Positions 46,487 through 55,413 of a stretch of DNA of 64,000 nucleotides are shown here, in pieces. The position numbers were made by a program, and so were the translations under genes. Numbering within the stretch: the stretch's first letter is position 1; each line of letters opens with the position of its first letter. The notes beneath the pieces are model-generated. The model made no database searches and was not told where the DNA came from. It worked only from the letters and a program-made list of their open reading frames with translations. This DNA comes from an uncultured Erysipelotrichaceae bacterium (GTDB taxonomy: Bacteria; Bacillota_I; Bacilli_A; RFN20; CAG-826), in the NCBI GenBank assembly GCA_946183085.1, contig CAMGZU010000001.1, positions 3,727 to 67,726 on the forward strand, written 5' to 3'.

Positions 46487-47170
46487 TTAGAGCGCTAAGA
46501 AAGCCACGCCGAGCGATAAGAAAACGCTAATGAGGACGCTAAGCAATATCCCAAGCCATTCCGAGGCGGCGAGCAGGAAGAACGCGGGGCGTTTCACCAC
46601 CACTTCGCCCCCTTCCTCTTCGCTGGCGAGTTTGGCCCAAGACGCGAAACGGGGATTGGCCATGATGAGCAGGTTAAAGACCCCGAGCATCATCGAGAGG
46701 ATGCCGAAGACCAAAGTAGCGGGATAAAGCCCGCCTTGGCTTAAGCGGAAGAGATAGAAGCCGCCGAGCAGCCCCACAAGCGCCGCGAAGCCGAAATAAA
46801 GCGAAACCACGAGGATGTGCTGTTTGTTGTAAGAGGCGGGCAAGACCACCATGAACATCAAAAGCAACGTGCGGATGACCACGCATAGGCCAAGCGCGAA
46901 GGCAAGAAAACCCAGACCCCTGGGGTTATGGGAAAACGTCACAAAGAAATGGACGTTGGCGAAAAGATCGAAGAAGCAGGCGATGGCAAAGAAGACCTTA
47001 ACGGTCTTGTCCATTACAAGCTCAAAGGGAAAGCCATTCAAAAAAGAAAACGCCTGCCCCTTCTTCTTTTTGTAATAAAGCCTCGCGAAGAAGACGAAGA
47101 AAGCGTCAACGAGCAAAAAAGCGCCCAAAAAGGCAAAAGAAAGGGAGGGCGGAAGGTTGCCCTCCATCAC
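46487..47170 (-). CDS. Hypothetical polytopic membrane protein
   Basis: It has about six hydrophobic helices and its start overlaps the rpe stop. I recognise no family. Confidence 0.6.
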   Translation of the reverse strand: MMEGNLPPSLSFAFLGAFLLVDAFFVFFARLYYKKKKGQAFSFLNGFPFELVMDKTVKVFFAIACFFDLFANVHFFVTFSHNPRGLGFLAFALGLCVVIRTLLLMFMVVLPASYNKQHILVVSLYFGFAALVGLLGGFYLFRLSQGGLYPATLVFGILSMMLGVFNLLIMANPRFASWAKLASEEEGGEVVVKRPAFFLLAASEWLGILLSVLISVFLSLGVAFLAL

Positions 47171-47856
47171 TCTTTTAACGCCTCCAAGCGCTTTTGGAAA
47201 TCCTCGTGACCGAAGAGATAGCTCCCCGCGACCAAGACATCGACGCCCGCTTCGCGGACGGCTTTGCCGGTTTCGGCGTTGATGCCGCCATCGACCTCAA
47301 TGAGCGGTCTTTTTGCAAGCGGCATTCCATTGATCTTCTTCCGACAATAGGCGATCTTCTTCAAAGAAGAATCCATGAATTTCTGCCCGCCTTTGCCTGG
47401 CTCCACCGACATGATGAGGATTAGATCCACCAAATCGAAATAAGGGTTCAACGCCTCGACGGGCGTATTGGGTTTGATGGAGATGCCGACTTCCGCTCCG
47501 GCGTTATGGATGGCGGAGATGGTTTTTAAGACGGACTCTTGATCGGGGCAGGCTTCCAAATGGAACGTCACGATATCGGCGCCGGCATGAGCGAAAAGCG
47601 GGCCTTGGGTCCAAGGCTCCTCGACCATGATATGGACGTCGTTGACAAGAGTATGGATGTTCGAGATCGAAGCAACGAAACGCGGGCCCCAAGTCAGCGC
47701 GGGGACGAATCTCCCATCCATGATGTCAATGTGAAGGAAAGAAGCGCCCGAAGCTTCCGCCAGGGCGATCTCTTCGTTCATCTTTTCTTTGTTCGCGGCG
47801 AGGATCGAAGGCGCGATGAGGGGCGCCTGCTCCGCCAAAGCCTTCACGTTTCTCAT
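47167..47856 (-). CDS. rpe: Ribulose-phosphate 3-epimerase
   Basis: IAPSILAANKEKM.., LHIDIMDGRFVP, MSVEPGKGGQKF and EVDGGIN are present. Confidence 0.9.
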   Translation of the reverse strand: MRNVKALAEQAPLIAPSILAANKEKMNEEIALAEASGASFLHIDIMDGRFVPALTWGPRFVASISNIHTLVNDVHIMVEEPWTQGPLFAHAGADIVTFHLEACPDQESVLKTISAIHNAGAEVGISIKPNTPVEALNPYFDLVDLILIMSVEPGKGGQKFMDSSLKKIAYCRKKINGMPLAKRPLIEVDGGINAETGKAVREAGVDVLVAGSYLFGHEDFQKRLEALKE

Positions 47857-48725
47857 TTGAATCCGAAGATCTTGGAGATCAAGCCTTTCTTCTCTTTGAA
47901 GTTTTCTTTGTCGCTCATCGCCTTAAGGATCGCGTCATGCATCTCCAAGGCGCTTTGATAACGCTCTTCCGGGCGTTTCCTGCAGGCGGTGATGATGATG
48001 CGGTCGATGGACTTCGGGATCGAAGGGACGAGCTTGGAAGGCTCAGGAAGATGGTGTTTGATCTGCTTGACCGCCACTTCTTCCGGGGTTTTGCCGTCAA
48101 ATGGCACCCTGCCCGTCAAAAGCTCATAGAACAAAATGCCCATCGAATAGATGTCGCTCGTTATTTCGGCGGGCGAGCCCATCAAAATCTCAGGAGCGCA
48201 ATAGAAGATGGTGCCTTGGATGCTGTCCCCTTCTTTGGCGGTGCCGACGGGGCTTGCGATGCCAAAATCGGTGATTTTGACGGTGCCATCGCTTAGATAG
48301 AACAGATTCTCGGGTTTGATGTCGCGGTGGATGATGCCGTGCTTATGGATGTAATCGATGCCATTTGTGAGCTGAAGCATGACTTCGCAGGCGTCGGAAA
48401 GATTAAGCGCGACCTGGAAGCGGAGTTTCTCGCGGAGCGTCTGGCCTTTGATGTATTCGCTGGCCATATAGGGACGGCCTTCCACCACCCCACGCCCATA
48501 GACGCGAACGATGTTGGGGTTGTTGAGGCTCGATGCCGCTTCGCACTCGTTGGAGAAGCGCTCGAAGTTCCTTTCGTCATTCAAAAGATCGCTCCGCATG
48601 ATCTTCAAAGAGACCACTTTGCGGGTGACGAGGTCATTGGCTTCGTAGACGTCGGCCATGCCGCCGGTGGCGATGCGGCTGACGATCCGATAGCGTTCGT
48701 CGACGCGGTCCCCGATCTTAATCAT
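47853..48725 (-). CDS. Ser/Thr protein kinase, catalytic domain only (no TM or PASTA)
   Basis: It has a Hanks-type domain: GGMADVYEA.., VSLKIM, HRDIKPEN, DFGIA and APE. The 290-aa protein ends right after the kinase domain. Confidence 0.9.
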   Translation of the reverse strand: MIKIGDRVDERYRIVSRIATGGMADVYEANDLVTRKVVSLKIMRSDLLNDERNFERFSNECEAASSLNNPNIVRVYGRGVVEGRPYMASEYIKGQTLREKLRFQVALNLSDACEVMLQLTNGIDYIHKHGIIHRDIKPENLFYLSDGTVKITDFGIASPVGTAKEGDSIQGTIFYCAPEILMGSPAEITSDIYSMGILFYELLTGRVPFDGKTPEEVAVKQIKHHLPEPSKLVPSIPKSIDRIIITACRKRPEERYQSALEMHDAILKAMSDKENFKEKKGLISKIFGFK

Positions 48726-49473
48726 GGAATGCCTCCCAATAGGAGATGGCGATGTTGTCGGACCCGCCGTTTAAGTTGGCTTCGTTGATGAGAGCGCCCA
48801 CCTTCTGATCGGGACGCTCGTCGCTGGCCATCACGGCCGCGATCTCCGATTCGGCGACGTTGTTATAAAGGCCATCCGAGCAAAGCAAGACGGGCTCGCC
48901 ATGATATGGGAAGACCTTAACGTCCATCGATAAGGAAGGATAGATGCCCAAGGCATTCATCAAAACGTGGCGGTCCGGGTGCGACATCGTCTCGTCGCGG
49001 CTGATCTTGCCCGTGCGGTAAAGATAATCGACGTAGGTCTGGTCTTCGCTTAAGCGGACGATGCGGTCGTCTTTGAGCATATAGGCGCGGGAATCGCCGA
49101 TGTTGATGAGGATCAGCTTCTCGCCGCTAATGAAAGCGAGGACGAGGGTGGTCCCCATGTCTTTGTAGGTCGGGTTTTTGTCGGCTTCGTTGAAGATGAG
49201 GCTATTGGCGGAGCGGACCATCTTGGCCAAGAAGCGTTTCTTTAGGAAAGAGAAGCCTTTGCCATCTTTCTCCTTGAAGGTGTCGATCACGTAATCGATC
49301 GCCATCTTCGAGGCGTAATCGCCTTTGTTTTGCCCGCCCATGCCATCGCAGACGCAAAGCAAAACCTCGCCCTGCGAGTTGATCGCGGCGGCGGCTTGGT
49401 CTTCGTTGTTGATGCGGACGCGGCCGATGTCGGTCCGATAGGAGATCGCTCCTTTGTAACGCTTTTTCATCAT
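48718..49473 (-). CDS. PP2C-family Ser/Thr phosphatase (Stp/PrpC type)
   Basis: RINNEDQ, CDGMGGQNKGDYAS and LCSDGL..GGSDNI are present. It overlaps the kinase gene. Confidence 0.9.
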   Translation of the reverse strand: MMKKRYKGAISYRTDIGRVRINNEDQAAAAINSQGEVLLCVCDGMGGQNKGDYASKMAIDYVIDTFKEKDGKGFSFLKKRFLAKMVRSANSLIFNEADKNPTYKDMGTTLVLAFISGEKLILINIGDSRAYMLKDDRIVRLSEDQTYVDYLYRTGKISRDETMSHPDRHVLMNALGIYPSLSMDVKVFPYHGEPVLLCSDGLYNNVAESEIAAVMASDERPDQKVGALINEANLNGGSDNIAISYWEAFHD

Positions 49474-50522
49474 TGGGTGCTCTTTTGGTATTTGGCGCGA
49501 AGTTGGCCGCAGGCGGCATCGATGTCGGTGCCGAATTCCTTGCGGATCGTCGTATTGATCCCCCGTTTCATGAGCCGGTCATGGAAGGCGTGGATCGCTT
49601 CGCCCGAGGGGCGGAGGAAGCCTTTTTCCTTGACGGGGTTGATCGGGATGAGATTGACGTAGGCGAAGATGCCGGAATCGTGGATCAGATCGGCGAGTTC
49701 GTTGGCGCAGTCAACGGAATCGTTGAAGCCTTTTATGAGGATGTATTCGAAGGTGACCCTTCTCCCCGCATTCTCTTCGTAGTCTTTGATGGCTTCGAGA
49801 AGCTCGGGCATCTTGTAGGCCTTCGAGATCGGCATGATCTGGTTGCGGAGCGTATCGTTCGGGGCGTGAAGCGAGATGGCCAAATTGATCTGAAGGCCTT
49901 CTCTGCCATATTTCTTGATGCCCGGAACAAGGCCGCACGTCGAGACGGTGATGTGCCTGGCGCCGATGGCCAAGCCCCTTTGCTCGTTGATGACGCGGAC
50001 AAAGGAGATGACGTTTTCGTAGTTATCAAAGGGCTCGCCCGTTCCCATCACGACGACATGGGTGACGTTCTGCCCCTCTTCTTTGAGGATTTGGTTGAGG
50101 ACCATGACCTCCCCCACCATTTCGCCGCTCGTGAGGTTGCGTTCTCTTTTTAGTAGGCCAGAGGCGCAGAAAGCGCAGCCCATGTTGCAGCCGACTTGGC
50201 TGGAGACGCAGGCGACGTTGCCATAGTTGTAGCGCATCAAAACGGTCTCGACTTTGGCGCCGTCATCCATTTCAAGCAATAGCTTGATGGTGCCGTCTTT
50301 CGCGTCTTGGCGCTGGAAGATCTTCGGGAAGGAAAGGGCGTATTCGTTTTTAAGGGTCTCGCGAAAGGCTTTGGAGATGTCGGTCATCTTCTCAAAGTCG
50401 TAGACCCCTTTTTCGTAGATCCAGCCATAAAGCTGCCTGGCGCGGTATTTGCTCTCGCCACGCGAAAGCATCTCAGCCTCAAGCTGAGCATAGGGATACC
50501 CAAAAAGGTCTTTCTTCTCCAT
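49470..50522 (-). CDS. rlmN: 23S rRNA/tRNA (adenine2503-C2)-methyltransferase RlmN (radical SAM)
   Basis: VSSQVGCNMGCAFCASG carries the CxxxCxxC motif. GMGEP-like VMGTGEP and a C-terminal CGQL are also present. Confidence 0.92.
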   Translation of the reverse strand: MEKKDLFGYPYAQLEAEMLSRGESKYRARQLYGWIYEKGVYDFEKMTDISKAFRETLKNEYALSFPKIFQRQDAKDGTIKLLLEMDDGAKVETVLMRYNYGNVACVSSQVGCNMGCAFCASGLLKRERNLTSGEMVGEVMVLNQILKEEGQNVTHVVVMGTGEPFDNYENVISFVRVINEQRGLAIGARHITVSTCGLVPGIKKYGREGLQINLAISLHAPNDTLRNQIMPISKAYKMPELLEAIKDYEENAGRRVTFEYILIKGFNDSVDCANELADLIHDSGIFAYVNLIPINPVKEKGFLRPSGEAIHAFHDRLMKRGINTTIRKEFGTDIDAACGQLRAKYQKSTQ

Positions 50523-50530
50523 GGCGATGC

Positions 50531-51853
50531 TTATTTGCCTTTCGCCAAGGAGGTGCTGGAGGAGAGCCCAGCCGCGTTGATTTCGGAGATCGAGGGCGTC
50601 ATTTTGGCGACGCTAGCCTCATTGAGCAAGACGGCGTAGTAGCAGGTCGCTTCTAAGCCATCGTAAGCGAAGAGCTGTTCCTCTTTTTCGAGTTTCCAGC
50701 CTTCGTGGCTATGGAGGAAGGCGGCGATTTGGTTGTGGCCTTCTTTCTTATCGAGGGTGAAGACGCAATAGACGAGGCGACCATCCAAGGCGACGAATTT
50801 GGAGGCATTCTCCAAAAGGTCTTTCTGCCTGGCGATTAGGCCATCCAAGCTATCTTGTTTGAGGTGGACGAAGAAGTCCGGGCATTCGCGGATCGCGTCG
50901 AAGTTGGTGCTATCCGGGAAAAGGAGGACAAGGTCCTGGGGACGCGATAAGGAAGCTTCGAAGCCATCGGGTTTCGAGGCGAAGAAGTTGACGTTCTTGA
51001 GGCCTTTGGCGCGGATTAAGCGCGAGGCATCGGCGTGGAGGCCATCCAAAGAGGCGACGCCGATGTTGAGGCCGATCGAAGCGCCATAGGATTCCACAAC
51101 TTCTTTGATGACCTGATCGTCTTTGACGTCGGAATAAAGGAAGAGCTCGCTCGGCTCGGAGACGCGGTATTGGTCAAGGATTGACTTGATCGCCGCTTTT
51201 TCTTCAAAGAGAGACCCGTCTTTGACCATCGCGAGTTTGCGGACGGGCTCTTTGCCTTTGTAGGCGACGATGTTGCGGATCGAGGTGCCGAGGAAATCGG
51301 AATTGGCGAGGACGGTGGCCGGGTCGATGGCGGATTCGCGGACGCGGAGGGTCATCGTGCGCGGGCGGATGTTCTTCCGGAGGAGCTTGTAGGTGGCGCC
51401 ATAGCCGAAATGCTCCCAGATCTTCAAAACCCAAAGCGGGGTGTTGTAACGGAGGGAAAGATATTCTTTCGAGCCGCGTTTGACGCTTTCGGGGATGAAG
51501 GCTTCGGGGTTGTCTTTTAAGGCGATGAGCGGTTCCAAGATGGAGAATTTCTCGCCCAAGACGGCGCGGACCGCCTCTTCCAAAGCTTCGGCGGATAAGT
51601 GCTTGTAATAATAGAGATTGGCGAGCAAAAGCATCGCGGCGCGGATCTCATTCTCCTCGAGGCCCTTCTCGTTCAGAAGGAAGCGGAAGAGGATCTCGTG
51701 ACGGAGGGCGCAACCCAAAAGCCCAGCGACGTCCTTACGGAAAGGACGGTCGTCCAGATTGTCCTTAAAGTGGGCCTTGAGGGCGTCGTTGAACGGGACG
51801 TCGTTATCAAGGATTTCGCCGAAGACGGCGAGGGCCAAATCAAATTGTTTCAT
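50531..51853 (-). CDS. RsmB/Sun-like protein with degenerate methyltransferase motifs
   Basis: It has the NusB-like N-terminal domain plus methyltransferase-fold architecture and the genomic position of rsmB. The SAM motif (CAAPGGK) and both catalytic Cys positions are substituted (see the findings). Confidence 0.75.
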   Translation of the reverse strand: MKQFDLALAVFGEILDNDVPFNDALKAHFKDNLDDRPFRKDVAGLLGCALRHEILFRFLLNEKGLEENEIRAAMLLLANLYYYKHLSAEALEEAVRAVLGEKFSILEPLIALKDNPEAFIPESVKRGSKEYLSLRYNTPLWVLKIWEHFGYGATYKLLRKNIRPRTMTLRVRESAIDPATVLANSDFLGTSIRNIVAYKGKEPVRKLAMVKDGSLFEEKAAIKSILDQYRVSEPSELFLYSDVKDDQVIKEVVESYGASIGLNIGVASLDGLHADASRLIRAKGLKNVNFFASKPDGFEASLSRPQDLVLLFPDSTNFDAIRECPDFFVHLKQDSLDGLIARQKDLLENASKFVALDGRLVYCVFTLDKKEGHNQIAAFLHSHEGWKLEKEEQLFAYDGLEATCYYAVLLNEASVAKMTPSISEINAAGLSSSTSLAKGK

Positions 51854-51868
51854 AGTGTGGCTCCCTTC

Positions 51869-52471
51869 TTATTTCTTCTTGTCATCGCCAGGTTTTTTGG
51901 ATGCGGCTTCCTGACGCTGCTTGATCTTCTCTTCAAAGCCTTCGAAGGCGTTGCCGAGATAAATCTGCTCTGGATCGTTGGGGTCGAGGTCGGCCCGATC
52001 GGCGGGGTTGGGCTCATCATCATCGTTATGATGATGGTGATGGGCTTCCTCCTCATCGTGGATGGGATCCTCGCCTTCTTGATAGTCGCTCCCATCGTAG
52101 TTATAGGGATCGGCTTGGATGTTGTCGGATTTTATGTAGCGGGGATAGGCTTCGTTAAGGTGGATGTAACGGGAATCCTGTTCGTAGTATTCGAAGAGCA
52201 ATTCGACGTTGATCGCGAAGTCGCTTAGGGTCTTGAGGAGATATTCGGCGACCTTGCTTTCCAAAACCTTCACCTTCAAGGGGGCCTTGACGGTGACGAT
52301 CAAATGCCATGACGTCTGTTCCACGCCTTGATGGAAGACCATCGCGTTGGGCGCGTAGAAATTGACGTCGTCCTCGCTCACTTCATAAAGGTTGGCGAGG
52401 TTGGCGGTGTGCTCTTTCGAGTAATGGCCGACCACGAATTGGTCGAGCCCGAGGAATGAGATGGTAATCAT
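51869..52471 (-). CDS. Hypothetical protein; the N-terminal ~110 aa may be DUF1904-like, and the C-terminus is an acidic/His-rich tail
   Basis: MITISFLGLDQ...WHLIVTVKAPL... loosely resembles DUF1904 from memory. The tail reads DEEEAHHHHHNDDDEPNPADRADLDPNDPE. An extended -10 TGCTATAAT lies upstream. Confidence 0.5.
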   Translation of the reverse strand: MITISFLGLDQFVVGHYSKEHTANLANLYEVSEDDVNFYAPNAMVFHQGVEQTSWHLIVTVKAPLKVKVLESKVAEYLLKTLSDFAINVELLFEYYEQDSRYIHLNEAYPRYIKSDNIQADPYNYDGSDYQEGEDPIHDEEEAHHHHHNDDDEPNPADRADLDPNDPEQIYLGNAFEGFEEKIKQRQEAASKKPGDDKKK

Positions 52472-52552
52472 AGAGAAAAAACCTTCGTAACTCGGGAATT
52501 ATAGCACGCGCCATAAAAGGCGCATATATCCGCGCGAGAAATTCGACAAATG

Positions 52553-54751
52553 TCAGTAATCGATGGGGTCGACGTCAAAGCTCAGCTCGACGCCCGCCCT
52601 TCCGCTTAAGCGTTTGCCTAAGGCCTTGAGGTAAGGGAAAAGTTCGTCCCGGACACGGTATTTGACCAGGATCGTCTTGGTGAAATAGCCGCCTTGAAAG
52701 GCGATATAAGGGGTCGCGGGTCCAATGGCATAGACTTTGTCGAATTGCTGTTTCTCCAAATCGGCTTTGATGTCATAGGCGGCCTCAGCGGCCTTCTCTT
52801 GGTTTTTGGAGCGGACCTTGATGACCACGAGATAGTAATAAGGCGGGAGTTTGCCGATCTTGCGGTTCTCCATCTCTTTCTTGTAGAAGGCTTCGTAATC
52901 CTGCTTGGCCCCGGTGGTGATCGCATAGTCAAAGGGATTGAAGGTCTGGATGATGGCCTCCCCGCTCTCTTTGCTCCTCCCCGCCCTTCCGACGGCCTGG
53001 GTCAAAAGCTCGAAGGTGTTCTCGGAGGCGCGATACGATGGGCTATAAAGCCCAAGGTCTGCCTGCACCACCCCCACTAAGGTGACTTTGGGGAAATCGT
53101 GGCCTTTGGCGATCATCTGGGTGCCGATCAAGACGTCATATTGCTCATGGCGGAATTCCTCTAGGGTTTTGTTGAGGCGGTTCCGGACTTTGGCGACGTC
53201 GCTATCTAAACGGGCAATGCGCGCATTGGGCGCAAGCTCTTCGATCTTCTTGACGATGCGTTCGGTCCCATAGCCGGTCCTTTTGATCTTGGTGGAGCCG
53301 CATTCGGGGCATTTGTCGGGATATTTGGCCACGTAATCGCAATGGTGGCATTTGAGCATGTTGTCGTTTTTGTGGTAGGTCAAAAACGAGCCGCAGTTCG
53401 GGCATTTGTAGACATAGCCGCAGTCATGGCAGCCGATATAGGGCGAATAGCCCCTCCGGTTCATGAGGAGGATGATCTGCTGATGGCGGTCGAGCTTTTC
53501 CTTGATTTTGGCGATGAGTTTCTTGGAGAAGACGTCATAGCCAGGGATGCGGTTATATGGCTTGGACAAATCGACGATCTCGGTGCTCGGCAAAGCCTTC
53601 TCGTTCACGCGGTGCCCCATCTCGACGTATTCGTAAACGCCTTTCATCGCCCGGGCTTTGGACTCCAAAGAGGGCGTCGCGGAGCCAAGGAGCACCTTCG
53701 CGCCGAAATGCTTGGCGCGCATGATCGCCACTTCCCTGGCATGATAGGTCGGGCTTTGGTCTTGCTTATAGGATTCGACGTGCTCCTCGTCGAGGATGAT
53801 TAATCCGATGTTGGATAAGGGCGCGAAGATGGCGCTTCTTGCGCCGATAACGATCCTCGCCCTCCCCGAGGCGATTTTCCGGTATTCGTCGTATTTTTCC
53901 GCCGGGGTCAAACCCGAATGGAGGATGGCGACGTTGTTTTGGAAACGCCTGGAAAAATACTCGACCATGATCGGGGTGAGCGAGATCTCGGGAACGAGCA
54001 TCAAGACGTTCTTCCCTTCGCTCAGGTAATGCTCGGAAAGGTGGAGATAGACTTCGGTTTTCCCGCTTCCGGTCACCCCTTGGAGGAGCACCACTTCTTT
54101 TTCCGTCGATAAGATTTTCTGATAGGCCCGCGATTGCTCGATGGTAAGCGGATGCGCCTGCTCTTTCTCAAATTCCGGAATCTGGAAGCGGTCTTTTTCC
54201 TTTTTGAAGAGGGCGGCTTTCTTGAGTTCGATAAGTTTTTCTAATGATGATGGGGAGCCGAGATCTTTTTTGAGGACCTCTTTGTTCTCGGCGAGAAGGC
54301 GGAGCATTTCCACCTGCTTGTCGCTGGTCAAACCCTCTTCGTTTGGATCAAGGAGCCTGACCCACGTCTCGTAGGCGATCTTCGGCCCTTTGAGGGCGCT
54401 TCTTGCCGGGCGTAAGGAAGAAGGGAGCATCGTTTGAAGCACGGCGGTCTTCGGGGCGAGATAATATTCCGCCACCTCGCCTGCCAAGCGGCTAAGCTCT
54501 TCATTAAGAAGAGGCTCTTCGTCGATGATTTCTTCGACAAAAGAAAGCGAGAAGCCGTTGGCCTCCTCGATTTCTTCTTTGCTCTGGCTCGTTTCCTGGA
54601 CGCGCGAAACAAAACCCATGACCGTCTGTTTGCCAAAGTTCACCAGGACGCGGAAAAGCGGCTCGACGTTCTTCGGGCCGTCGTACAAATACGAAAAGGG
54701 ACGATCCAAAGAGGTCTTCCCGTATTCGATATAAACGTCCAATATCTTCAC
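52553..54751 (-). CDS. priA: Primosomal protein N' (replication restart helicase PriA)
   Basis: LLQGVTGSGKTEVY, ILDEEH and the Cys-rich zinc region CHDCGYVYKCPNCGSFLTYH..CHHCDY..CPECGS are present. Confidence 0.93.
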   Translation of the reverse strand: MKILDVYIEYGKTSLDRPFSYLYDGPKNVEPLFRVLVNFGKQTVMGFVSRVQETSQSKEEIEEANGFSLSFVEEIIDEEPLLNEELSRLAGEVAEYYLAPKTAVLQTMLPSSLRPARSALKGPKIAYETWVRLLDPNEEGLTSDKQVEMLRLLAENKEVLKKDLGSPSSLEKLIELKKAALFKKEKDRFQIPEFEKEQAHPLTIEQSRAYQKILSTEKEVVLLQGVTGSGKTEVYLHLSEHYLSEGKNVLMLVPEISLTPIMVEYFSRRFQNNVAILHSGLTPAEKYDEYRKIASGRARIVIGARSAIFAPLSNIGLIILDEEHVESYKQDQSPTYHAREVAIMRAKHFGAKVLLGSATPSLESKARAMKGVYEYVEMGHRVNEKALPSTEIVDLSKPYNRIPGYDVFSKKLIAKIKEKLDRHQQIILLMNRRGYSPYIGCHDCGYVYKCPNCGSFLTYHKNDNMLKCHHCDYVAKYPDKCPECGSTKIKRTGYGTERIVKKIEELAPNARIARLDSDVAKVRNRLNKTLEEFRHEQYDVLIGTQMIAKGHDFPKVTLVGVVQADLGLYSPSYRASENTFELLTQAVGRAGRSKESGEAIIQTFNPFDYAITTGAKQDYEAFYKKEMENRKIGKLPPYYYLVVIKVRSKNQEKAAEAAYDIKADLEKQQFDKVYAIGPATPYIAFQGGYFTKTILVKYRVRDELFPYLKALGKRLSGRAGVELSFDVDPIDY

Positions 54752-54761
54752 AGAGGATATT

Positions 54762-55349
54762 TTAGCGCATTTCTTCTAAAGAAGCGGACCGCTCCAAAAG
54801 AATCTTTTTTATCTGCTCCGCCGCGGAGGCGACGGTGTCATTGACGATGGTGTATTGATAGGTGTTTGCCAAGTTGAGTTCGAGGCGGGCTTTTTCCAAG
54901 CGGGCCTGGACGGCGTCTTCCGATTCGGTGGAACGGCCGCGGATGCGGCGTTCGAGCTCGTCGAAAGAAGGCGGGACCAAGAAAATGCTGACCACGCCGG
55001 GATCTTTGACTTTGGATAGGACTTGCTGAGCGCCGTTGACGTCGATCTCGAGAAGGACGTTGTATCCTTCCATCCGCTTGGCCTCGACTTTGTCGCGCGG
55101 GGTGCCATAGCAATTGCCGACGTATTTGTTCCATTCGAGGAGGTTGCCCTCTTTGAGGTTCTTCTCGAATTGTTCCGGGGTGACGAAATAATACTCACGT
55201 CCTTCCATCTCGCCCGGCCGCATTTTGCGGGTGGTCAAAGAGACCGAATAATAAAGACGGATGCTGGGGTCTTTGAGGATTTCCTGACGAACGGTCCCTT
55301 TGCCGACCCCCGAGGGACCCGAAAGAATAATCAACAAGCCTTTTTTCAT
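54762..55349 (-). CDS. gmk: Guanylate kinase
   Basis: LSGPSGVGKGT and SVSLTTRKMRPGEMEGREYYF are present. Confidence 0.95.
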   Translation of the reverse strand: MKKGLLIILSGPSGVGKGTVRQEILKDPSIRLYYSVSLTTRKMRPGEMEGREYYFVTPEQFEKNLKEGNLLEWNKYVGNCYGTPRDKVEAKRMEGYNVLLEIDVNGAQQVLSKVKDPGVVSIFLVPPSFDELERRIRGRSTESEDAVQARLEKARLELNLANTYQYTIVNDTVASAAEQIKKILLERSASLEEMR

Positions 55350-55413
55350 AATTTTTCGCTATTTTAGCGACTATGGCTAAGAAGCTCAACCCAAAAGGGT
55401 GTAAAATACGGCC

